Assembly (NCBI GenBank): GCA_900617105.1
Contig: UYFQ01000033.1
Location: 1-58,673 of the forward strand
Source of the DNA: Hydrurus foetidus
Lineage: Eukaryota
DNA length: 58,673 bases
Reading direction: 5' to 3'
Below the pieces are notes generated by a model. It saw only the letters and a program-made list of their open reading frames with translations, did not search any database and was not told where the DNA came from. This document shows, piece after piece, positions 12,140 to 24,500 of the stretch (position 1 is its first letter; the number at the start of each line of letters is the position of its first letter). A program made the translations under genes and the position numbers.

Positions 12140-12461
12140 TGTTGAATATATCTGAGTATATGACACGTACACAATCGGTGTACTTACGTTATTTAGCGTA
12201 CTGCAGTACGCTTTTTTGAGTAAGTACGCATACGTGCGGGGGATGGATGAGCGAGCTCGGGATTCACAAGCTGCAACCGTAGAGTAGTATATGATCGTAT
12301 GCATTGTTTGAACTCGTGGTCTTTCGACTGATGAAGCACAGTCTAATTAACAAGTGATTACTGATACGTTAGATCTTATTTCACGAGCCTTGAGCACTTC
12401 GAACTTACGCCGCTGTACTTCAGTACTTTCGCTGGCGTCAAGACCTCGGATTCTTTCAACA
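12140..12461 (+). repeat. Copia-A 5' LTR
   Basis: Direct repeat of 24892-25213, one substitution seen; TGTTGAA...TTCAACA terminal inverted repeat. Confidence 0.95.
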
Positions 12462-12470
12462 TAATTAGAC
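12462..12470 (+). promoter_or_regulatory. Copia-A non-canonical primer-binding site TAATTAGAC
   Basis: Directly abuts the 5' LTR; reverse complement of GTCTAATTA at 12341-12349 inside the LTR; no TGG. Confidence 0.7.
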
Positions 12471-12486
12471 AGAGTCGGCAATTCAA

Positions 12487-14071
12487 ATGCCTCCAAAACG
12501 TGTTCCTGAAGCCGTAAAAAGCAATGAAGAATGCATACTGCTTTACGGAAAGCACAACAACGTCATAAAGTGGAAAGAGCACATGCAGACGATCATAACC
12601 GAATTGTACGGTATCATCGGTATGTTCTTCACCACGAACCAAAGATATGAACTTCCAAGAGTGTCATACAGGGATTACCCAGTTGACTCATCTTCGGAAA
12701 GTGAAAGCTCCGAGTCCGAGGTGGAGGAAGAGGGAGTTGAAGCACCGGCCTTATCAGCCGAAATGATCGCTACAATCGCAGCCGCGAAAGCGGTACGAGC
12801 AACAGCGAGAGGTGTGAGGAATGATCGAAAACGGAAGATTGCCGAGAGGGCAAGAGCGAAGTTTCGAGAGGACGATTACATCCAGAGGAAAAAAGACCTC
12901 AAAGCGCAAAAGGAGCACGAACGTACGGTATATCCCATGATGTGGAAGCGTATGTCTCCAGCGTCGCAGAGTAGAGTGAGAGAGGAGGAGGATTTCGAGC
13001 AAGCATACATGACGCTGGATTGCGTGCTGCTCTGGTCACTTATACGTAAAACGCATCTCACCCACATCTTCGGGGACTCAGACCCGATGAATGACGTGAA
13101 CATGCACGAACAGGAGAACAAGTACAACTCGCTTAGACAGGGCGAGCGCGAGTACATATCAAACTTCAAAGTGAGATTTGACGAGCAAGTGTCAGCAAAT
13201 GACGGAGTGGGAGTCACACCAATATCGGAGTCTCGAAGAGCACTTGACTTCATCATGAAGCTCGACCCTAGACGGTACAAGAAGATGCACGACGAGATGA
13301 AGAACGATGCACTTCGATGCGTTCCTGATGCCTACCCCAAGACACTGGCGGGTGCTTACCGCGTTGCATCGCAGTGGACTGGCAGTGACCACAGCCCGCA
13401 CGCCGGTGCAGCCGCGAAACCAGCGGCTTTCGTCACAGAGGGTGCACTAGTCGCGACCGAAGACTCCGAGAAGGTGTCGGGTAAAACAGGGGGTGGTAGG
13501 AAGAAAACTCCTCTAAACGAAGTTACCTGTCATGTGTGTGGACACACTGGGCACTACGCGAGAAATTGCAGTAAGCGCAAATCATCTACTGATAAAGCTC
13601 ATGTGACTACAACCGATGCGGACGATGTTGACTCGGATGGGTACGATGTAGCACTCATCACTACAGTGGAATCATGCATGTTCTCGCAATACGACGTGTT
13701 ATTGGACAATGAAGCATCGTTGAACATTTTCAGTAACGGAGATTTACTTACAGGATTAAGGAAGTCAGATAAAACTATCAATGTGGGTGGAATTCAACTC
13801 GGGAAAGGGGTGACTGTCAATATGGAGGGTGACTTCGGGGAGCTTGGACGAGTATTCTACAGTGCAGCAGCATCAGCCAACGTCCTGTCATTCGCTTCTC
13901 AAGTCGACTCTGGAGCGGCTGTGAGATACGACCACGCTGGCGATTGTTTTACACTACAACCACGGAACAGCTCGAGTGTCCACTGCTTCAGTAGGAAGGA
14001 CATACCCGGCAGCGAAGGCCGATTCTACAGCTGTGATTGGCGAGAAGTGATAAAGGAATCAGCAATGGTAG
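12487..14071 (+). CDS. gag: Copia-A gag-protease (5' part of single gag-pol ORF)
   Basis: Zinc knuckle CHVCGHTGHYARNC and protease-like LLDNEA. Joins in frame to 21571 once the Gypsy and one TSD copy are removed (ESAMV|ATVENN). Confidence 0.9.
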
Positions 14072-14288
14072 TATGGCCTAACTCTGGGCTCAGCGGTGGG
14101 TCTGATGGAACGGGGCGCGTGGGCAAGGGGAAGGCAGCTGGTGTGCTGGTGCTATTGCTAAAGAGATGTGGTTAGCTTACAGATAAACACAGCGATAGGC
14201 AAGTCATGAATCGGATGGCTCGGATCGTCCCCGATCCGAACCGAACGTACGCCTGTACCCGTACAGCTGTACAGCTGTGCGGGTCACA
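14072..14288 (-). repeat. Gypsy 3' LTR
   Basis: Direct repeat of 21350-21566 with 2 substitutions seen; sense termini TG...TA. Confidence 0.93.
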
Positions 14289-14292
14289 ATGG

Positions 14293-14303
14293 CCCCTCTC
14301 TTT
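14293..14303 (-). promoter_or_regulatory. Gypsy polypurine tract AAAGAGAGGGG
   Basis: Purine run 4 nt before the 3' LTR on the element sense strand. Confidence 0.8.
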
Positions 14304-14503
14304 GGAAGAAAAGGTGTACTAAATTTTTCATTAACAAACTTATCTATGTCTAAATACTAACATAAAACTACTATCTCAGACTGAAAACATAAAGTTCGTA
14401 CTGAGTAAACCTCCCTAAAATCTGTTAGGATGAAAATTGGGAGTAATCTTTATGATTTAGTGTTTTTTTTTTGTAAACCTTTGTGTTTTATACTGTGTAT
14501 CGG

Positions 14504-17500
14504 TTAACGATAATTTGCAGCAAATTTACTTGGAATCAAGTGTTTAAGGTTTTTAGCAATTAAGAACTCGTGGACTTTTTCAGCGTCACGCATGTTTTTC
14601 CACGGTTCCCAAGTGTTTCTGTCGTGGGGATAGTTTAGCCATTTGACGTGAAACTTTAATGTTCCCACCACTCGGATGTTCCCTTCCATTGCTAGGATAT
14701 CTTCGATAAAGAATTCGAGATAATCTCGTCGGGCGATATCGGTTGGGTTGACCTTTGTAGGGTCAAACTCAAATTGTTTAATATTTGATACATGGTATCT
14801 TTTCTCGCGGTTGGTAATAAGATCGAGTAGTGTATACTCGTCGAGATCGTTTGCGACCACTTGCATGGGACCTTTCCATAAAGTGTGCATGCGTGTTGGT
14901 TTTGATGTGCGGTGGGTAACCAGTACCAACGAGTCGATTTCGAACGTTGTGTAGTCGGTGGAACCGCCTGCTTTTCGTTTCTCGTCCGCTTCTTTGAGTA
15001 GTTCAGCAGTGATTCTGATGAGTTCATCTTGCATCTGCATTATTTTCTCAGTAGAATGGGTGACATGAGCCATGTCTAAGTTTATCTCATCTCGAGGGAG
15101 AAGGATGTTGGCATCAAGGTCAATAGCATTGCCGTATATAAGCTTTGCTGCTGTTGACTGTGTCCGTACGTTGAATGTCGTATTTATAATTCGTTGTACG
15201 AATGGTAAAATTTCTCGGTAGTTTTCCGTAGTTGCACGGTCAAATGTAAATGCCGTGATGTGTCGGTTAATTTCCTTATTCATACGCTCTACTATCGAGT
15301 TTTCTTGCGAAGAGTATGGTAGAATAAGGTTGTGTGTTGTACCGGCAACTTTTACAAATTCCTCGAGGATTTTGTTTACGAAATGGGAACCGTTATCGGA
15401 TCGCAGGAATTTGGGAGCTCCGTAGCGACCGATGTGTTCTATTAGGCCTGTTACGGCTGATTTTGCAGTATTATCAGTTGTGGCTGATAGTTCGACAAAC
15501 CTTGTGAAGGTGTCTACCATAACAAGGATGTATCCTTTATCCGGGAATGGACCAATAAAGTCTATGTTTATGCATTCCATAGGTGCATATGTTGATGTTG
15601 TGAAACGATGGGTGACGGGTTTTGTTTGTCAGCAGACATCTTTTGGCAGCACGGGCATTGTTTAATGTATGCTCTTATATCGTGTCTCATGCCTTCCCAT
15701 ACTTTCCCTATTTTTTTAGGTTTCGCAAAGTGCGATTGAATCCTCCGTGCCCAACGGTAGAGTTGTGGACACGCATTAAGTATGCATATATTTCCGCTGC
15801 AAGCGGTTTGCAAGTTAGGATTGCTGTTATGATGTGTTTCGGCATCTTGTTTTTACATAGGCGTGACATTGCGTCAGCGACTTCATTATTTTTCCCAGGG
15901 ATATACCCTATCGTAAAATCTAATTCCTGTAGCGCACAGCGCCATCTTCCGACCATCTCATTTTTATCCTTGTGCAGGAAAGTAAGATTTTTGTGATCGG
16001 TCAGGATAGTAAACTTACGATCTCGTAGCAGGGCGTCGAGATAGTCACAGCAAAAGTAAAGGGCGTAAGCCTCTTTTTGTATTACGGACCATCTCAACTG
16101 GGTCTTGGTAAGAGATTTGCTTACGAGAGCGACGAGTTGTTTACTCCGTCGACTTCTTGATATAAATAACCACCTATACCGTAGTCAGACGCATCTGTCA
16201 TGAGGGTAATAGGTGCTACATCGTCGATGAAATATAATAAGGGACTCTTGGAGATAAGATCTTTGACTAACGTAAACGCGTCGGCCGCTTCGTCTGTCCA
16301 GACAAGCAATGTTTGCTTTTGGCGGCGTGATCTATCATTTTGTGTAGCGGTGCTACCACATTTGAGTGATTTGGTACATGATCCCTAAAGTAATTGGTGA
16401 GACCGAGGAACGAACGTAGTTCAGTTGTCTTTCTTGGCATCGGAAAGTCAGTCACACCCGTTATCTTTTTGGAGCTCATTGATATACCTTCCTTAGATAT
16501 TTGTCTACCAACATATTCAACTACTTTGACGTTAAGTCTTAGCTTTGCAGCCTTGAGTGAAATGTTTTTATCTTCTAGACGTTGAAACAATGTTTCTAAA
16601 CGTTCACAGAATTGGATGTGTCCATCAGCATATATGATGATGTCGTCTAAATAGACTTCACAGATGCTGTATATCAGGCCAAGTAGTACTATTGACGCCA
16701 TCATCTGTTGAAAGTATGATGGGGCCATCTTGGGACCGAATGGTAGTCGTGTGAATTGGTATATACCCATAAATGTTATAAATGCGGTAAATACTTGTGC
16801 CGCCAGTGTTATTGGGGCTTGGTGGTATCCGGCCGTAAGGTCGATTACGCCGAATACGTTTGGCCGTTGCGCGCCAAGTCTGTATAACATTTGTTTTATA
16901 TTTGGGATCGGCCAACTTGCAGATTCGGTTGCCTCATTGAGGTTCCTGTAATCTATGCAGAATCGGAGTGAACCGTCTGGTTTATTTGCAAGTATTACTT
17001 GGGAGTAATATGAGGCATCTGATGGTTTTATTATTCCCTTTTTGAGCATTGCTACGATTTGTTTCCTGATTTCCTCTTGTCGCATCGTTGAAGCGACTCT
17101 GGGAGCACCCCGATTACGGAAGTGTTTCCATTGAGGTATGTTTACCTTTTTGAAATCGAAAGGGGGAATTCGAGCGGGTTCTGGACCCAGCTCGTTTTTG
17201 AAAAGCGATTTGTGTTTTATGCAAATCGCTTTAATTTCGGCAATCTCAGTTGGTGTACCATCGATATGTATTAAATCAATTAAGTACATCGAATCGTTGT
17301 TTTGATTGTCTTGAAAAGGAGCGAAGGTATCCTTCGACTTGTAGTCGATCCCTTCCTTATCACGGAAAGACCGAACCTCAGGGAGGTCTTCGTCTTCCTC
17401 CCTAAGTAGAGCTGCCGCAATACCACGCGTTTCGGTTGGTGTTATGGATGAGGGTGTAAGAGTAGCTACTCTCTTACGCCTTTTGGTTTTTACACCAGAT

Positions 17501-20500
17501 CCATTCTGACGCGGAAGTGGCAACACTAGTGTTGTCAAATTGGTGGTGCGTAGTATGGACTCATCGGAAGCAAGCTGAGCAACTGCCGTCGCTGAGCTTG
17601 TAGAACACCCGCATGAAGAGTTGCAAGTCTTGTGTGTACAAGCACCTCGAGCTACCAGGTTATCCTGCCGGGGAAAGTCTGTAGTCGAGGGATTTATGCC
17701 CTCCATGACAAAAATGCCAGGAGGTAATGGGGACCCTGGGTCAGCTATTTTACTTTCCTTTTGGACAGTGTCCTTTTCCGTTAGTAACGGTAAAGGAATT
17801 TCCGTTTGGATTGTGTCTGCTGACGCTGTTTTGGCTGATATTACCTCGGGGGGTAGTTCGGTGTCTATGAGTACCGTGTGTGGTACTTGTGCATCGTCCT
17901 CAGCCGAGAACGACACCCTTTGTTTTTTTAGCGGTGAAGCTGGTATCGCACTAGGCGTTATTTTATCGAGGTTCTGGAAGAACTCTGGTATTATTTTTAC
18001 CAAATTTAAATTTTTTATAGTCTGTAATCCTAAGATTAGGTCGACTTTTGACTCCGGAGCTACTCGGACAGGAAGACTAAAAGAGTGTTTTAAATCGTCT
18101 TTATTAAATGATACAACAATATCAAGCACATTTGTAGATTCTACACATTGATTATTTAAGCCACTACACATCCACATGGGTGAGTCGGATTTCCTCAAGT
18201 GAGTTTCGCCACGGAGGCCCCGAAGGACTCTACCGTTGATGACGTCCCCGACTTGACATCCAGTGTCGATTTGGGCTAGGGCTTCCATGCCTCTAGTTTG
18301 GGACGTATTGGTTGGAGGAGGAGGAAGACGAGGAAGATTTGTGTCTGTCCCCCTCCTTGCTCTCCGCCTGGTGCGAGTTGTCCCTGCGATCGTCAGGTCG
18401 GTCGCGACTTGGTTTGAAATTTGCGATCGGATCTGTGGTAGAGATATGTGAACTTGTAAGAAATCATCTATGTTTTCAGTTAGTACAGCTGATAGAAGTT
18501 GTTTCATTGACGGTAATTCTCGAGCGTACTCGATTATGTCCGTACTTGGGTTAGCAAGTTGTGACTTACTTTTTCCCTTGTAGTTGGAGCTCAACTTGTT
18601 CGTGTTAGAACGATCGTTGTCCCTATCCGGTTGAGTCTGGTTGCTCTTGTACTTGTTGTACTTGGTGTTGTTGTTGGTGGCCAGCTTTTGTTTCTTGGTC
18701 GGACGGTCGTCTTGGGCTCTCCCTGGAGGAGAGAAGTCGTTCTCCACATCGTCAGATGGGTACACGTAGGTAGCTGCCCCGGGGTTGTTGGTGTCCCGGG
18801 TAAGTTCCCCGTTGATGTACACATTTGGTACGAAGAATTCGTGACCAATCCGTTTGAAGTCCTTTGCCTCCTCAGACTGCGACCAAGTGCGATGACTACG
18901 GTTGCAGTGAGGGTTCATGTGGTTTTGGCATTCGTAACGGTTGTGTCCCTTTTTGCCACAGGTGTGACAGAAGTTGGTCGCCCGGCTGAGGCCGGACGAC
19001 TCAGGGTCCACCTGACGTTTTGGGATTGCCTTGTAGGCGTTAGCCGAGTGGCTGTCACGGTGAGGTGCGACCTCAGCGTCGTCTTGGTCTGTTGGCGTGA
19101 GCTTTGACTCGAAGACGAAGTCGAGACCTCCCATGTCCTCCGCGTCTTTGATCATCTGGCGTGCTTCGCCCAGCATGACGACAAGACGCGTGAGCATTTT
19201 GAAGATGGTATCTTTCCCGGTCTTTTTCGTCTTACGTTTTGTCTTTGCCATGAAATTGTCTGTAAACTTGTTGTTCTTTGGCAGCTTCTTGTAGAAGGCC
19301 TTACAGATATCATTTTGCATGTCGGCATCGATATTGTCGTATGACGTCCAGAATCCGAGTAGGATGTCGCGGAACTCAGAGAGAGCTCTGTCTTCAACAG
19401 AAGGATCTTTCCAGCTGATGCGGAATTTGCAATTCTTCAGTTTCATTTCGAAGTCGAAATGGGAAGACGTACGTTTGTTTTTGTAAAAGATCTTTTTAAG
19501 ATCATTTGCAATGTTCTTTAACGTTAACGTTTTGCCTTCGACCGTTGGCCAGGCGAGACAAGTCTTGGTGTTGTAACCTGTCTCGCTTTTGCATCGAAGC
19601 AACTGGTCGCGGATCGTTTGGATGGCATCCATTTCGATTAGCATTTCCCAACTGGTTAACATACCGGGGCGGTATGCTTGTTCGTAAAACGCTCTTGCTG
19701 CTTTATCAGCGTCGTCGAGAAGTTTTTCTCGAGTGAGGTAGTACGCCTCCTTCATGTTGATGATGGAGGTTTGCAAACCCGCTTTGCGTTGTGGAGGGGA
19801 ATCCTCTTCCGAGTTTTCCGCCTTTTGCGCGCGGTGTGTTTTACCGGATTTGGCATCGGCTTTGGTTTTCACCTTTTTGTCCTTTGGGGCGGGTTTGGGA
19901 CCCGCCTTTGGGGACTTTTTCTTGGCGAGGGGTTTTATCTTAAGGGACTTCTTGTCCTTGGGCTTAGACTTTTCGGGTTCGACCTCCTCGTCGTCTTCGA
20001 CTTCGACTTCAGCTTTCGCCTCATCGTCGTCGCTGTTGTCGTTCCCGTCGTCGTCCCCGTCACCCTCTCCGTCGTCCCCGTCGCCACTACTTGCGTCGGA
20101 CTCGTCGGAGGAGCTGTCGGGGTTGCCACCATCGCCTCCCGTGTCGTTAACGTCGTCGACGTTACTGTCGTTGTCGTCGTCGGACTCGTCGGGGGTTTGT
20201 CGTCGTCGTTGTTGTTGGCATTGTCGTCACCGTCGGCGTCAGCCTCCGGATCTGACTCGGCGTCGGCCTCGGCCTTGCCGGTGTCGGATGCCTTTGTTGT
20301 TGTGACTTTGGCGTCGACTGATGGTTCGAACAGATCGTCCTCTGCACCGATTTGTTGCAGTCGCGGAGGGAGTATCGAGGTTTCTCCCCCTCTTTTTAAG
20401 TACCCGCGGGTATCGAGGGGAGAGTCTGTCTCGCCCTCGGCTTCCTCGGGTGCCAACCCGAGGAGCTCGTCGTTTGAGGGTTCTAAAGCGTCGGCAGCAG

Positions 20501-20801
20501 CTTGTGCAGCAGCTATTTGTGCTTGCTCTAGCTTGTGAGCTGCTTGCATTTCTTTTGTTGCCGCTAAGACGCTTTGGAAGAAAATTTGTTCGTCCTCAAG
20601 ACGAGTTGGGGTAGCCGAAACATGTATTGCTTCTTTGGCCAGAGCCTGTATCGATTTCTCGATGTTTTGCTTTACAAGGGCCTGCTCCGCTTTGTGCTTC
20701 TCCTTCTCAGTGAGAGGAGCACTGCGCGAAGCGCTTGGAGCTGAAGAAGCAGAGGCGGCTGCGTTAGCAGCCGCTTTCTTCTTTATTTGGGCCCTTGTCA
20801 T
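14504..20801 (-). pseudogene. pol: Gypsy gag-pol polyprotein broken by five apparent single-base frameshifts
   Basis: Acidic N-terminal gag, CHTCGKKGHNRYEC knuckle, protease IDTG, RT YLDD, RNase H TDASDYGIGG, integrase H-H-C-C and D-D-E, WKGP motif, chromodomain (FHVKWLNYPHDRNTWEP), spread over six ORF-track fragments. Confidence 0.9.
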
Positions 20802-21349
20802 GGGACTTTTGTCTTGAGTTTAAACGTCTTGATCTTGGGGTCTTGGACAGCGACGGAACTCGGACGCGGCTCTCTATGGAGCTGAGGATGTATCCCGCAG
20901 CTATGATGTCGTGGGATCGTAGGATCCTTTAAACTGATGGAGCTGTTGGTGGTTTACTTTCGCGCGATTTCGTCGGAAATCGCTCGAAAAGTTGCCTGGC
21001 GGTTTGAACCTCTCAAGGAGCTAAACTGCGGGCGTTTTGGCCAGCTTTCGTTTCTCTAACGATGGGACTTGCTTTTGCTCGACTCAGAGCTACTTGCTTC
21101 GTTAGGCTTCGAGTTTTGAAGCCGTCACGATTTTGTCGCGAAAATATCGACGACTCGAGCTTTTTAACTAAAGCGTTTCAGAGGCTGTCGGTTAGACGTA
21201 GCCTTTGTAGTGTCTTTCGACGTTGTTTTCACTTGTTGCCAAGTTACTAGCTTGTTTGCACGCCGTTTTACGGGTCGTGGCGATGTTTTTGGGAAGCGTT
21301 TTGGAACTGGTCTCTAAAAAGAGCACCAAGTTGGTCCAAATACTAGTAT

Positions 21350-21566
21350 TATGGCCTAACTCTGGGCTCAGCGGTGGGTCTGATGGAACGGGGCGCGTGG
21401 GCAAGGGGAAGGCAGCTGGTGTGCTGGTGCTATTGCTAAAGAGATGTGGTTAGCTTACAGATAAACACAGCGATAAGCAAGTCATGAATCGGATGGCTCG
21501 GATCGTCCCCGATCCGAACCGAACGTACGCCTATACCCGTACAGCTGTACAGCTGTGCGGGTCACA
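21350..21566 (-). repeat. Gypsy 5' LTR
   Basis: Direct repeat of 14072-14288. Confidence 0.93.
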
Positions 21567-21570
21567 GTAG

Positions 21571-24500
21571 CGACAGTGGAGAATAACGCAAAGGCATTTA
21601 CCAAACGTGAGATTGAACAGGCGCGTAAGGCACGAGAGCTGTTGGCTCGTATGGGCTTCCCCACAGTTGGGCATGCGATCGCGATTCTCAACTCTGGAAG
21701 CAACTTCGAAGTTACCGCTCGCGATTTCCAAATTGCTGACGCAATCTGGGGAGCAGATATTGCCTCGCTGAAAGGAAAGACGACCAAGAAAGCGACACCG
21801 GTAGCTGACATCACAGTCAACGCAAAGATTGTCCAACAGGATCAAGTGCTCGCGATAGATATCATGTTCGTCGATAAAACCTCAACGCTCATCGGGATAG
21901 CAACTCCGCTGGGGCTGACAATCGCATACAGCCTTAACAACCTCGATATGAATAAAGCTTCGAGAGCGGCTGGCAACATCAAAAAAGGGATCGACCACTT
22001 CGTCACGACGCTGGCGTCGCAGAACTTCAAGACGAAAATGATTATGAGCGACGGAGAGAGAGGAGTAACAAGCTTAATCCCCCAGCTTGAAGCGATGGGC
22101 ATCGAAGTAGACATCAGCGGTGCTGGAGGGCACGTTGCCAGAGTTGAAAGGAGAATCCGAGTTATTAAGGAACGACTTCGTTCCCACGTCGCGTATCATC
22201 TGCCATTTACTCTGTCGAGTATGGGGATAGCGATGTGTATTCTGTATTGTGTATCCCGGCTAAATTACGAGCCATACGGAGTACGAGAATGGGGCCCAAG
22301 TCCAAGGGAGGCTTTCATCGGACGTAAGGTGGATGGAAAGAAGGATTTCAGGTGTTCCTTCGGTGACTATGCCCAGTGCACTGTGCCCACCACCGACAGT
22401 ACTATGAAGGGGAGGACTGAGGATTGCGTCGTAATGCTTCCACTGGGAAACCGCACCGGAACTGTGCGTATGTTATCACTCACAACGGGGCGATTTGTGA
22501 ATAGAGACCAGTTTCAAATACTGCCAATGCCGCTATCAGTTATTCAGAGGATGAACGATCTCGCTCTGAAAGACGGAAGAGTAAAAGGGAAGGGAGAGCT
22601 AGCTCAAAAGCCAACTACATACAACATGCAGAGTGATGTGGGGAGCAGTCTACCGGACATCATGGAGTCCGTAACGAACAATGGAATCGACCCATCGGTA
22701 ATTCTAGAGAACGACGAGGTCACTCCGGAATTAGCGAACAACGAGGAGGTTGGCAGGGAACCTGAAGGGAATAGGGGTGTAGACGACATCACTCCTGAAG
22801 GCGAACATGATGGGAATGGGGGTGCGGATGATGTAGAAATGCAGATCAATGACACTGACTACGCCGACGATGCAATCCCAATATTCATTCCACAAGGGAA
22901 ACCTAAGGAAGTCAACATGGATGACCTGATACACAGTTTCGGAGGGCTAGGTTCGGGGAAGTATGACGACGAAACCATCGGGGGTATAGGTGACGAAGAC
23001 GACGCAACAACGGGAGCGGCGGTGGGCGGGAACGACACGGGCGCACTGCTTGATGTATCGAGTGAAACTGAAGATACACAGCATGTCGAACAATTGCATC
23101 GACGCCGTTTGGACATTATGGAGTTATTTCGCAAGGGAGTGAACGGTGGAGCGCTGCTGACCAGACTATACATCGAGCCAGGAGAGGACTGGGGTGAGCA
23201 TGTCTTTAACATCTCAGTAAAAGAGGCGCTACGTACTCGTGGGAAAGATGCCGAGAGAGTTATCGAAAAGGAACTCGGGCAAATGATAACGAAGAAAGTG
23301 TGGACTCCTGTCGACATTAAGTCACTACCATATGAGGAGAAGAGAAGGATCATCAGGTCCAGTATGTTTCTGAAAGAGAAATTTCTTGCGAGTGGGGAGT
23401 TTGAGAAACTCAAAGCTCGACTTGTAGCCGGCGGGGATCAGCAAGACAAGTCACTCTATGACGATCTCTCCGCGCCAACAGTCGGAACGAGCTCAGTGTT
23501 TACGATACTCAGCATCGCAGCGCATGAGAGAAGGGGTGTAGCGGTCATAGACATCGGAGGAGCATTCTTGCATGCGGATATGAGCAAAGGGATACCTGTG
23601 CACATGCGTCTAGACAAGAATATGTCGGAAATAATGACGAAGCTAGCGCCAGAGTATGAGCAATACGCCGATGCGAGAGGATGCGTGGTGGTGAAGTTAG
23701 ATAAGGCGCTATATGGATGCGTAGAGTCGGCTGCACTCTGGTATGAGAACTTGCGAGTGAGTTTCTCAGATTTGGGATACACACCGAACCCATATGACAT
23801 CTGCGTCTTCAACAGACGCAACGAGCAAGGCGTGCAATGCACGGTGGCAATACACGTTGACGACTTGTTGATCACAAGCGCGTGCACACTTATGATCGAG
23901 GACCTGGCGGCAGGTTTAGTAAAGAGATATGGAGAAATTACAAGAAAGAACGGGCCTGTTGTTAACTACTTAGGCATGGTGTTTGATCTCACAACCCTAG
24001 GGGAAGCCAGGGTGACCATGACGGGGTTTGTGGATGAAATGCTGAAGGAAAGTGGCATCATCGGGAAAGCCCGCACACCAGCAACGGAGGGTCTATTTGA
24101 TGTGAGACTCGATGTTGAGACGGTGACTGAGCAGCAGAGAGTGACCTTCCACAGATGCGTGGCGAAGCTGCTGTACCTGGCCAAGAGGGCACGACCTGAT
24201 TGCCTTACTGCCGTGTCTTTCCTGGCGACGAGGGTAAATAAGTGTACCACAGATGACCTCATCAAACTGCAGCGACTGTTGCGATATGTGTATGATACGA
24301 AGGAGAGAGGTGTTGTGTTTTCGCCCGGAGGGTCTGGAATTGAAGTGAGCGTGCTGATTGACGCCGCATATGGAGTACACCCTGACGGGAAATCCCACAC
24401 AGGAAGCTGTGTTATTATCGGGGACGTAGGGGCAGTGCACTGCAAGTCAGCAAAACAACAGATCGTGACGAAGTCTAGTACTGAAGCAGAGCTGGTAGCG

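Larger units (their letters stand above)
14072..21566 (-). mobile_element. Ty3/Gypsy LTR retrotransposon with chromodomain integrase (chromovirus-like)
   Basis: 217-bp LTRs, 4-bp TSD GTAG (14068-14071, 21567-21570), order gag-PR-RT-RH-IN-chromo, PPT next to the 3' LTR. Confidence 0.95.

Noticed and set aside
12195..12218. Hairpin plus T-run resembling a bacterial rho-independent terminator
   Set aside because: Eukaryotic LTR context; kept only as a palindrome linked to a breakpoint.
14072..14175. C-terminal tail VWPNSGLSGG... of the 562-aa ORF, shared with ORF 21223-21453
   Set aside because: Read-through into the Gypsy LTR, not part of the Copia protein.
19678..20538. Long antisense ORFs opposite Gypsy gag
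   Set aside because: By-product of the GC-rich, GAC-repetitive acidic coding region.
21350..21566. Tf1-type self-priming for the Gypsy element
   Set aside because: No sequence complementary to its PBS region found within the LTR.
14072..21566. Nested Gypsy LTRs more diverged (2 of 217) than host Copia LTRs (1 of 322)
   Set aside because: Counts are too small to contradict the nesting order.
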